From Trichosphaerium sp. ATCC 40318 (Eukaryota; Protista; Tubulinea), in the NCBI GenBank assembly GCA_038496445.1, contig JALMLS010000341.1, forward strand, positions 99,663-163,662: a stretch of 64,000 nucleotides of DNA, in the 5' to 3' direction. The notes below the pieces were generated by a model, which was not told the DNA's origin, did not search any database, and saw only the letters and a list, made by a program, of their open reading frames with translations. This document shows positions 35,731 through 47,442 of the stretch, one piece after another. The translations under genes and the position numbers were made by a program. Each line of letters begins with the position of its first letter. Position 1 is the stretch's first letter.

Positions 35731-38511
35731 ATGGCCCATAATGCGTCAAAGAAGTTTAAAAATTGGCTTAAACACAAGAAGAACATACGCAAGGAGAAGT
35801 TAGCGCCAGTACCTAAATCTCCACAGAAACGAGTCCGTAAAAAAAAAGTAGCCGTTGCTTCCACATCCAGCGGACCTCGGAGGAAGTCACTGATAATTAA
35901 AGCAAAAACAAAGATAAATTACAATTCGCGCAAGCGGAAACGCGATGAGCCTAATAGTGAAGATGAGGACGCAGACTATGTTGATAAGAACTCTTCCAAC
36001 AACTTTTATCGCGATAGACCAACGAGAAAGCGTTCTAAAGTAACAAACGATTTTATCGACTTTGCATCAGACTCTGATGAGGATAAACGCGCATTTATAC
36101 CTACAGACGCTCCATTACCAACACGACGAGCAAAAGCTGCTTCAAAAATGGATGAATACGTTACATTACAGAAAAAAAAGGTCTCAGCGTCATATGAGTC
36201 GTTATTACAAGATGCAGACAGTTCGTTCTTACTCGTACGCAGTTTTATTGCAATTCCAGAGAATAACCGTTTTTGACGTTTAAAACTATTTGAATTACTT
36301 TATTTGTCTATTAAACTAATCGTGCAACGAAGCCTGAGGGGAATATAAGGCAGATACGCGCAGCTGAGCTCTCAGTAGACTATTTAATTCAAACTAGATT
36401 CAACAAACCAGTGCTCATCAGAGTACGTTCTTTATACCGTTATCAAATAGTTTTCGCGTATGCGACGATAATTAATTGCAAATAAAGGACAAAGGAGTAG
36501 TATGGCTTAAAATACCAAGAGAAAATTGGAACTTGGATGTTATAAATACTCTTGTTGGTACGCTTGCTCATAGTTATTTTATTCTGCACTACTCATATCA
36601 TTCAATAACACATTTATATTATTTTTATACCATTTTATGCTGTACAGTACGAGTTGAAGCGCACTACCCACCTTTTAACTGTCAAAAGAAATGAAATTTC
36701 GCTTTTTTTTCAGAATTTTTTTAAATTTGTTTTAAGGCCCTAATGAGCAGATTGATGTTATGGACGTTAAAAACCAGCAAGAAGTACGTTTAAAAAATTG
36801 GAGTACACGATTAGACTGATCAATCCAAATAATATTCTATTAAAAGGTTCTCCCAAAGTGGAATATGCAAAAATGGCGTGATTATTTTGTTAATTCAAAT
36901 AGAGATGTTTTGTATAATTGTATATCTCTTGAATTCAGCCACACAAAACTTTCAGGTTATGTTAGAGCGCCAGGTATACTTTTATTAAACAAAAGAAGTG
37001 TACTAAGTGGAGTTTCAGAGATAGTTCAGGAGCTTGATTGGGTTAGTAAATATTGGCCTGACGATAGAAACAAGTTGTATAGGTAACGTTTTATATCAAG
37101 TACTTTGTACGGTTTGAGCCTATCTAATATTATACTTAGGAAGCCTAAAGTACAATATTATTGTCTTATGAGCCCTGCAGGATGCTACACAGACTTCCAT
37201 ATTGATTTCGGTGGTAAGTATTATGGTTTGGTAAGAACTTTGTTTTTGATCATTTTTAGGATCTTCTGTATGGTATCACCTTGTTAAAGGACAAAAAATA
37301 TTTTATTTGATACCCCCAACAGAAGATAACCTGTTACATTATGAAGAGTGGTCCAATTCGGAGACGCAGGTTAGTAGAATTTCTTTTGTTCAACATTTGC
37401 CATAGGGACATTCTATCTTTTTTTTGTTTTTTTTCCTTCTAAGTTTTTAAACCACAGGAGCACCGTTTTCTTCCTGAGGAGATATCAGGAGTAATCAAGG
37501 TTGTTGTTGAAGCAGGAAATACATTATTAATACCATCTGGTTGGATCCATGCTGTACATACCACAAAGGATTCAATTGTACGCAAACTTTTTGGAAAAAA
37601 AAATAACTTTGCGATTTACTCTTTTGTGCGTGACTCACACGTTGATTTATTTATTAGGTTTTTGGAGGTAATTTTTTGCATGATATTGGTATTTCTATGC
37701 AAATTCGTGTAAGCCGCATTGAAGAGAAAACACAAGTACCAAGTAAATTCAGATTTCCATTCTTTGCTCATTTGGTGTGGTATACAACTCAATCGTTCTT
37801 TTCAAAGATTCTAAGTACGTACAGCTGCTAAACACGTGAATATATGCAAAACTAACCCTAAGTAAGACAATGAAGAGATCAGCGTTGTTGACAGGCCAGC
37901 ACTTTGCGATTTAAAGGATTGGACTGGACTACACAAAAAAGTGAATCCACAAGATTTGAGTACGTTTTTTTCTTCCCGTTTGGCTTTTTGTGTTAACCAT
38001 GTTTAGAGCATCACCCTGACTATATTGTTGATGTTATAGAAGCTTATATTAAAGATACTGAATTACCAGACTATGAGAACTACAGAGGTAGAAAGACAGT
38101 TATTGAGCCTTTGTATTGTATTTGCAGGCAGCCTTGGAACCATTTATCTGACAAAGACCCAATGATTGGTACGTTTTTCAGCTCTTTATATGACACTGTC
38201 ACGATAATAAAGGTATTTAATGTTACAATAGGTTGTGACGGATGCAGTGAGTGGTATCACTATAAAGTACGCGTGATGGTGTTCGATAGTTCAACATTTT
38301 TTGTTTTGTTTTTTTTTCTTTGAAGAAAAAATATTGGTAGTTGTTTTGTTTGTTAACTTTTTTTGTTTAGTGTATTGGCATGACCGCTGCTATAGCGAAG
38401 GGTATTTCTAGCTTTAAATGCAAACAATGCAGATCCACTGAAGCCAAAGCAGAACAACCAAAAACCATTAAAACAATGGTAAAAATTAAAATGAAGAATA
38501 AGCATTTTTAA
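35731..38511 (+). CDS. JmjC histone demethylase (KDM2/KDM7/JHD1-like) with a C-terminal PHD finger
   Basis: [43 protein letters not shown]; [24 protein letters not shown]. Confidence 0.92.
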
Positions 38512-38874
38512 ATAGCTTCTTTAACAAATCATAAACAAGTAATCTGCCTTTGTAAATAAAAAGTATAAAGTAACTATTACACATAACGTTAACTAAAGAT
38601 GGACAAGATTAGTCAACAAAGTGAGTCTTGTTGTTGTTACGGTCAATTTATTTATACACAGACATTTTCTCACAGCGCCTTAAATCACATTCCTACCTTA
38701 GTTGTTGAGATATCTGTGTCAGTGAGTGTCTTTGAGTTTTCTGGCGTTGAGTATCAACAATAGAGTAAAATAATCAGCCAATACTGAAAAAAAATCAAAA
38801 ATATTGAGCATGAAAACCACATAAAACGAATCAAGCTAGTCAACATAGTTATCATAATGTTGAACACAACATCA

Positions 38875-39675
38875 ATGGCAACAAAACGCAAGGTATGGAT
38901 AAATATAAATATGAACTTCAGGGTCTTGTGCATAAGAGCGAGTCCTCAACCGCTAGCAGAAAGCAAACTGCTTGTCTGTCATGAATTTGAACTTTTTTGA
39001 ACTTGTATTGTACCGGTTTGGTAAATTCTGCTATTTCAATCAGCCGATTCACTTACTATTTTCAGTATAAATCACGATTCTTTGACTAATTTCTACTGAT
39101 AGATAACTACATCCAAAGTAAATATTGGTCATCTTTTTGACCTTCCAGTGGAGCTACATCTCGACATTATCGATCTATATCACGAATTATGTAACACATG
39201 GCCGCTACTATCAAAACACACAGCAATGACCACAAGGTTTGATGGTGACTTGAATAAGCACGGCAAATGGAAAAAATGGTATGATAGTGGATCACTGAAA
39301 TCTGAGTGTAACTATGTACACGGTGCATGTCATGGAGAATACAAAAAGTGGCATAAGAACAGCAAAATACATCAAGAGTGTATGTACATCAACAACAAAC
39401 TTGAAGATGGAGTGTACAAAGAATACCATGAAAACGGTCAAGTGGCTAAACAGTATCACGTTGTTAATTCCAAGGTACAAGGAATGATGATTCAATTGCA
39501 TAAAAATGGCAAAAGAAGGAGCTTTCGTAAATACGTAAATGACAGAAAAGAAGGAGAGTACTTGGAGTGGTATGATAATGGTAACTTGAAAATGAAGTGC
39601 ATATTTGCCAATGGCGTAAAGACAGGGCCGGTATTGGAACGGTGGAGTTCAGGTGCTCTCAAAAGCCGCATCTAG
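38875..39675 (+). CDS. MORN-variant repeat protein with an F-box-like segment; first exon tentative
   Basis: HLFDLPVELHLDII, then KHGKWKKWYDSGSLK, DGVYKEYHENGQV, KEGEYLEWYDNGNLK; possible first exon MATKRK at 38875. Confidence 0.75.
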
Positions 39676-39859
39676 TGACATTGAGTTTAGAGGGTTTTTG
39701 AGGTGTGTATAGCCAAAAGTAGGCAATTCAAGTCTTTTCGTTAATGGCGAAAACGAACACCTAGTATGGCAAGATTCAACAGCGTACCACATAGGCTCAA
39801 ACTCTTTATTTAACACTTTATACTAAGTATAAAAGTATAAAACAAGCAAACACATAAGG

Positions 39860-41043
39860 TGCACAATCTACTTTGCATAGTTTACAGCAAGTCTAGCGAG
39901 CATAGCTCTGGTTTTAGGCAAGTATCTTGATCTATTTGTTTTCTTAAGCACTTTTAGTACCATCTCTTTATCTCCACTTATTGTTATACAAAATGTATAC
40001 CTAAAGCCTTGATAAGTTTACGCTGTCATATCTTTTTAGGATACCATAGCTTGTCCACAGCTTTAATTTTGCCTGTCAATGCGCAATTCTTATGTAGAAA
40101 TTTGAAGCATTCGTTAGAATCTAGATTCTGTATTGCATATCTACAAGCCCTTTCAACTACATCACTCATATCATGTGTTATGTTAAAAATACTATGTCGA
40201 ATTGTAAGCAAACAGCATTGTTGAATTGGTCGTACAAGTCCCTTTCTGTTTTGGCAATTGCATTGTATAGAGTCCTGTCTCTTAGCTTAGAGTACAACTT
40301 AATGAATTGCGGTGATGTAAAATCATCTTCAATCCCATAGTTGGTAGGAATGTCGAGCTTTTTAACACAAAACCCAAAAGCCCTGGCTATGGCACTCCTA
40401 TTTATTTTGGTACCAGGATACTCCACATAGCTCTTGAGAGTGTGGATGAGCATATCTTGCCTCACATAATATGGGATTTTCGAAAAGTCTGCTTTCTCAA
40501 ACTGTTTACCAATATTACTTTGGGCTAGCACATTTTCAAAGTCATCACTCAGTAACGCAACCCCAATTGTGTACTTTTCGTATTGCTCCTGACAGCAGTT
40601 AGCTAACACATTAATGAAGTATAGTTTTACTTGACAACCCAGCCAATCAGCAGCAGCCATTGCTTCTTGCAATCTTTCCACTTTTTGTTTGTCCGTTGTA
40701 ATGGAGCCTCTATCGATATCTTGCAGTACTCCTAAAGGACTTTAGCGTTTCATGGAAATGTTCTATTCATCAGTACGTTTTATGCCTTCCAGTGTAACGT
40801 TATGTCCAAGGTTAAGGACGATTGACTTTTCGCCACTGTTGTCAGCTTTGAGCTGATTCATCATTACTGGAACCATCTCAACCACTTTTGATGGGCTTTT
40901 GAATATTGCTAGTACTTCTTTATCCTTTGATACGGCTAATAGTGCATGAGTGCGGTAGATTATAAAGGCATATTTAACTTACTAACGTGAAACATATTTC
41001 GTCTCTGAGAGGTAAGTGACTTCGTCGATGCGTTTTCATACAT
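39860..41043 (-). CDS. Hypothetical protein with a BTB/POZ-like N-terminal domain; ends approximate
   Basis: Spliced exons give ..SIVLNLGHNVTLEGIKRVLQDI..LQEAMAAADWLGC. Confidence 0.5.
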
Positions 41044-41534
41044 TTGAGTATCAATAGCAGTCAACTCTGTAACAATTTTAGCGAAAAGAGAATTGAGACC
41101 ATTCTTTGAATCACTGGTGATGGTATGTGGTAAAACCAATCAAAAGCAGTATGTCGTACAGGAAACTAATGAACGATAGTAGTTATATTCACAAAGGTAC
41201 AGTTTAACCATACTTTTTCGTTAAATCGCTTTTAGTTTGTGGAATGCACTCTAACTGCGCTATTGCCATAAGAGACGCTCACAGAACAAAAAATGAAAAT
41301 GTTTACAAATCTCTACAACAAAAGGTACATTTGTCCAACTAACCGCGTTTATACCTTGTATACGCGTATGGCGTTTGGACTTTCAATAACTGACGTTCAA
41401 TTTCAGCTTCAAGCTAAAATGAACGATTCTACGCTCAGCTTCGGCTTTATGGTTGGTGGCGCTATGAAGGATGAATACGTAGCATCAGAATGTTCAGAAG
41501 GTAATTTTTTCTTTCCTCACCTGCGTTTTGCGGG

Positions 41535-41892
41535 CAGCACAGTTTTTGTGTAATTTGTACAATTTGTACAATTTGCCGAATTGCCTGAAATTAGAGAATT
41601 TGCGAAAATACCTAAAATTACAAGGTAGAAAATAAATTGGCAGCACTGGCAATACCTTTTCTCACCACTGCATTAACGAAATAATTTCTCACTACTTCAC
41701 AGTACTCTATAGTATATTGTATACTATGACGTACAATCAAAAGTACAACAATGATTGCAGTGATGAGAAATGGCATTGTAAAGATTCCATAAAATGCAGT
41801 AAAAGTAGCAAATTGCCATTTTGCGAATTTCTACAAGTTCTGCAATTTCTACAATTTTGACAAATTGTAAACTTTGTGCAAAAACTGTGCTG
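41535..41892. mobile_element. MITE-like non-autonomous DNA element (~358 bp)
   Basis: Perfect terminal inverted repeats CAGCACAGTTTTTG / CAAAAACTGTGCTG, with ~9 bp subterminal repeats (TACAATTTG-like) mirrored on both arms. No clear TSD seen. Confidence 0.7.
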
Positions 41893-42834
41893 GCCCTTGT
41901 ACACCACCTATCGCTTAACCAATGTCAGATGTGGTTGTACAATTATTAATGGATGTCCAAAATATTGATTCTAAGATGATAACATTTATAAGTACTCGTG
42001 TACGTTGGGCACGTGAAAATTTCCTCATTTTTTTGAAATTTACTTAAGTTGTTTTAGTTATCTGCTGACATACAAAACAATGTCTTTAATGCGTTATACA
42101 AGTATGATGCTACTCAATAAAAATAATAGCATTAATGTTATCAACAAACATACAATGGACTCCAGTAATTGTCGAAGGCCCAAAAAAATTTGCAACAACT
42201 TTCTGAAAGGAAAAACACCGCGTGTTACTCCTGTGAGAATGAGAAATATACAAGACATAAAGTAAAGAGCAAGCTAAATCATAATACGAAGCCATAGCAA
42301 CAACTAGCAGAAATAGAGGGTTGTTCTCTCCTACCTAGTTACTGTTTAATGAATTGTAACCAAATAACTCAGTGACTCTGACACGAACACCCATTTCCTT
42401 CGCAGTGACATCCATGGTAAAAGACTTAACATAAAATTTTTATTACTCGATGGATGACGCCGTTACATAGAAAGATACCCGACACCAGATGTTGTTTTTT
42501 AGAACATGGTTTTCAAAAACCGAAATTCTCTTACACATTTTAAAAGTTAAGAATTACTGTTTTGAGATGTATTAATAGCCCGTTTGTAAAGGAACTACTA
42601 GTAGTTATTTTTCAAGCTTTCTGACGCAATACATGGCGCCAATGTACCTTACCTACCAAAAATTAATAATACTACAATCATCACTGATAGCCTGAGCAGC
42701 TCACTATAGTTTTTTTCTACTTTTTTTAAAGGATTCGGTTGATATCCTGTGCGCAAGCTAATCAGAATAAGTCATCTAACGCGGTTCTTGTCCGGAACTT
42801 CGGATAATCTTGTAGCGAAGCGTCCACAGATCGT

Positions 42835-42901
42835 CAGTTCCCTTTCACAGAACACGTGTGCAGTTCCCTTTCACAGAACACGTGTTCAGTTCCCTTTCAC
42901 A
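42835..42901. repeat. 26 bp tandem repeat, ~2.6 copies
   Basis: CAGTTCCCTTTCACAGAACACGTGT(G/T) repeated. Confidence 0.9.
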
Positions 42902-43709
42902 AAGTACGCTTAATTCATTTCTTAAACAACCTCCAAAATGACACTCATACCTCCCATCTTCACTCCACTTGACTCTATAAAACAGCATTCAGGCTGCCGT
43001 TCATCAGGTATGACATCCAACCACTCTCGCTTGTGTAAATCCCGCAGTACCTCTTGTTCTAAAAATATAGTCGCGCCGCGTATACAAACAAATCGTAAGC
43101 GTCACAGAGCGCCGCAAACTAAAGACATACGGAAAATCTGATTTTCCTACATTCCGTTCATTCATTTATTAAAAATGCTCTTAGATTCCTTCAACAAGCC
43201 TAGTAGCGTAGTTATATCGCTTAAGACAAAAGGAATATGTAGTGGATGCAATATGGAAATGACCAAGTACCTTAACCACGTGATAAGGATAACCTTATTA
43301 ATTCTTCTGCTAGTTGCAAATTTTTATGTCATTTAATCAAGAAATACTGCCCCAAACAGATCGACGAGGCCTTAGCCTATCAAACGGAGAGGATGCAGAA
43401 ACTCGAATTACTAAATAAGCGCCTCAAAGCGATGTTACAGCGATGCGAAGAAAAGAAAAGCAATGCTCCAGCTGACTGAGTTGCTGTGCTACCTGTGCAT
43501 CACACTATCGCATTTAATCATGAAATGAATATTCCCATGTGCTGTGCAAATATGTTGCAAGAACAAGCATTTATTGTGAAACAAATAAAAGCTATGTACT
43601 ACACAAGACTACGAAACTCGCAACTATTTTTAGTTCCATTCACAATACATTATGGTTTAGTACTCTTTACGTTTTTTAAAGGACTACAAAGCTTAGAGCA
43701 AAGTATGAG

Positions 43710-44296
43710 TTATAGCTTCACCACCTTTGGATCTGATTTTTGGGAGACAATAACTTCAGTGAGCTCTTTCTTTTTTTGTTTCTTAGGTTTTTCTTTGATG
43801 CAAGGACCCTTATATCCCAAAGCAAGAATGCATGAAGCAAATGGAAATTGAAGATTCCTCACAAATAGCTCTTTTGTTTGCAAATAATCCTCCTGTACTT
43901 TTGTCACATGATGCTTTTCATGCACTGTACGTACACTATCAAAGACCTCAAAAGAAGCTCTATGAATGAAATGAATGCCCACAAAGCGTATAAGAGCAAC
44001 AGCAGTTACAAAAGCTGCTATCAAGCGCCATATATTATTTGTTGTTTCCGTTCTCAATCGTACGATATCTGAGAATCCCCACGTCGCTCCTATCATATCA
44101 TAAGCGTTTTCAAATACATAGACTAGTTTAACATCAAGCCACCAAATTGAAACGCTCTGAGAAAGGCAATACCATCAAAACCCTTACCTCCTGCACCTAG
44201 GACTTCTAGCGTGAACAACAGCAGTATATCAACAACTGCTATTAAAACAAGAAAATATCGTTTCGAAACTCTTCCACAACTACTTTTGAGCGACAT
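43710..44296 (-). CDS. Small membrane protein of unknown function
   Basis: ATG 44296, hydrophobic exon with a GTAAG donor, second hydrophobic exon, lysine-rich tail. Confidence 0.45.
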
Positions 44297-44863
44297 TACT
44301 GTTTAATTTTCGCATACAAGCAATCACGTGAACAGCACTTTATCTCAAACGACGTTCAAAAACGGAAATCGAAGGAATGTTTATCCGAAACATTTTCTGC
44401 TATCATTCTTGAAAATTTCGTGGATGACAGTTCCTTTTTAATCAAAAAGTTCACCAACAGCTAGCTCTTAAGGCAAGTAGATAAGCTCTAAATACTCAAT
44501 AGAATTGACATGGATTTACGGTAACTTTCGTTACATAAAAATATCCATTACAGCCTATCATTCTTATCAAACTGTGCTATATAACAAATGTCAATCCCAT
44601 ATTCTTTTTTGGATAGAGGAATACAATAACAATTGGTTGGTGTCACCAACAACAAAGCACATGATTTACTTCATCACCCTTTGAACATGCAGCAGAAATA
44701 GTTCTGGATGAGTATTCGCTTTTTACCTGTTAAGCTTGTTCGAAACGATAATCAATATTTTTTGGTTAAGTAAGCTCCAATCAAGGTAAGTTGTTCTTGA
44801 GAATGTAGTACTAATTCCTCTTTATTCACGACAACTCTACAAGAAACAGAAAAACTCACCTAC

Positions 44864-47170
44864 AATGCTACTTGTTATTGCAGTGGTTTCGCTTCTCGTT
44901 ATTGTACTATGGATCATTTCTCTGTATAGAAAGCGTATGTACGCAGGAATACCACCATCAGACTACGGTAACGCTATCTAAGTGTAAATAAAAGCAATAA
45001 AACTCTAACAGTTATTAGGCGCACCAGTAGTGGGTAGAACGCCCAAGTTATTGACACAAGACCATATAAGCTTTTCAAGGATTCGTTTGAGCGCCTAGGA
45101 CCTGAGTTTGCAACTAACCTGTTCCTAACAGATTGTGTTGTAACTACGAACACAAAATTCGCTTTCCGTGGAAAGGTACTGCTAACAGACAAGTTTAATT
45201 CCGTCATTCCTAAAAGTGACACATTTCTTGAAGTTGGAAAAAGTGCAAGTGTTTTTTCTCATCACCATCAATATGCTTGTTATTACCCTACCGAACTATT
45301 AGTAATATAGTACCGACTTTTTAGCTACGATAGGGTTAGATTGTCTTTGGTGTATGAGAAAACAACGATTGCACTTTTTCCAACTTCAAGAAATTCTTCT
45401 GTCTTTTCTTTTACCCGAATGAAGCTTACATACGTTGAAATAGAATCTCGATGTTGGTTGGCCAAAACATTTCTTCAAGTTGATTGGTCATGAATCGCAC
45501 TCAGCGTGTCCTCTTGGGAAGCAACACAGGAGTCAACGCCAATTACTCAATTTCGCATTCACAACAAAGTAATACACTAGTTTCATGATGTAAGCGGCTT
45601 AGGTACTAAACTAAGATTTAGAGCACTCCGTGCATCTGTTCCTAGAGTATACGCCATCGCTGAAAAAATATTCGATGAATGGGGAGAAAAAACAGGTTTC
45701 TTTGAAGTGTTACCTGCATGCAGAGTCCTGACGTTTAGCATTGTGAGTATAGTTGGCAGTGTAGACTTGTCGTTAGTCTGATATTATATCACAGGCCAGC
45801 CAAGTGCTTTTGGGTGGAAACTTGTCACGAGAAGAGATTGACAAAATGCTAGCACAATTTGTAATTTGGGTATGTTTGTTGAAGAAAAATGTTTCAACAG
45901 ACTTGATCATGTGTTGTGCTTACTTTTTTGTTGTATAGAACGTTGGTTTTGGTGCCTTTTTGTTTCCATATGATGTTCCAGGTACAGATTTTGGTAAAGC
46001 TATGGATGCAAGACGTAAAATGCAAAAAAAGATAGGCGAAGCTATTGATTCAAAAAAACTGTTACCAGCTGTATGCAATTCACCTTTTCTAGCAGTTCAA
46101 ACAGTCGTTCTTACTTCGCTTTAGGACAGAGAAAAAACCTCAATTTTAGACAACCTACTGGCAGCTGTGTACGATTAGAAAAAATTACTTAATCTCACTT
46201 TATTACCAGGGATGAAGCCGGTAATAAACTGTCTCGTCAAGCGTTGCTTGACCAGAGTCTAATGCTACTATTTGCTGGTATGACACTTGCACAAGATTAG
46301 TGCTCACGTTGATTAATAGGATACGATACTACATCTGCTTCTTTATCTTCTATACTATGGTATTTGGCCAGTAATCCTGAGCATATCTCAATGCTATACG
46401 AAGAAGTAAAACACCTTGATAAGCCACTCGATGAAGGTGACTATGATGCAATACGTGAATTGCCAATGCTAGATGCTACAGTTAAAGAGGTAACAAGACT
46501 CCCTTTTAGACAAGTTTGCTTGATGGCTATTGAATGACATAAGCTGTCCTTTGTAATCATTGCCCTGGGCGACCTCTAGTCAGGTCCTTTCGTATAATGT
46601 ATCAACTTACCATCCATAGGTTCTTCGTTTAACACCTCCTTTGGTCGCAATTGGTAGAACAGCAAAGAAAGACGTAAAGACACCTAATGTTCGTTGACGT
46701 TAGTTAAATTGTTTTCTCACTCTTTTACACAGGGAAGCACTGTTCCAGAATCATGGTCTGTTCAAGTTCCTATCAACCATATCCATCATGATCCAAAGAA
46801 TTTTAAGGACCCTGAAAAAGTGAGCATTCAGCTTTTTTTTCTTTTTTGTAATAACATGCGACTGTAGTTCAACCCACAACGTTTCATTGATAACAAAATT
46901 TCGAATGATATCCACGCACCTTATGGTGGAGGAAGCCGCATGTGTTTGGGTACGTTCTTAAGGGTCTTGAAATGGCTCTGTTTGCTGACTTGTTGATTTT
47001 TACTAATGCACCTTGTCTTTGTTAGGATACAAGCTTGCAAACTTGGAAATGAAGATTTTTATCCTTAGAGTAGTATGCAAATTTTCTGATCTTACTCACC
47101 AGAATCACGTCGATTTTTACAAACTAGTCAACACACATAATTTTGATGTAAAATTGACTAAAAGGGAATA
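44864..47170 (+). CDS. Cytochrome P450; C-terminus irregular
   Basis: N-terminal anchor, LLFAGYDTT (I-helix), KEVLR (ExxR), DPEKFNPQRF, PYGGGSRMCLG heme motif. Confidence 0.9.
45223..45394. repeat. Intronic ~170 nt foldback hairpin
   Basis: ATTTCTTGAAGTTGGAAAAAGTGCAA (45223-45248) is the exact reverse complement of 45369-45394; imperfect pairing continues inward. Confidence 0.9.
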
Positions 47171-47442
47171 ATAAATCAGTGCCTACATATGGATAACCTT
47201 CTAGCATCAGTTCTGTAGCCACTCCTGCTTCCTAAAGCTGCAAGGAAGCCTATGTTACATCTTCTTGTTGTGAAGCACCCAACAAGTAAATGTACTACCA
47301 CGTGGCTAACTACAAAAAGGTTGCTTGCAAGTCTAGCATGAGTAAACTAGCGTACACAGCCCGAAACTTCCTTTGTCAAACAAAAATGGTGGCAGGGTAA
47401 AACATCCGCATTTCGCTGTTTTTCCAGCCTTTCTATGTATTT

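Noticed and set aside
41293-43480. Short exon-like fragments near 41.3-41.5 kb and 43.2-43.5 kb
   Set aside because: Plausible splice sites, but no recognisable domain or complete gene model.
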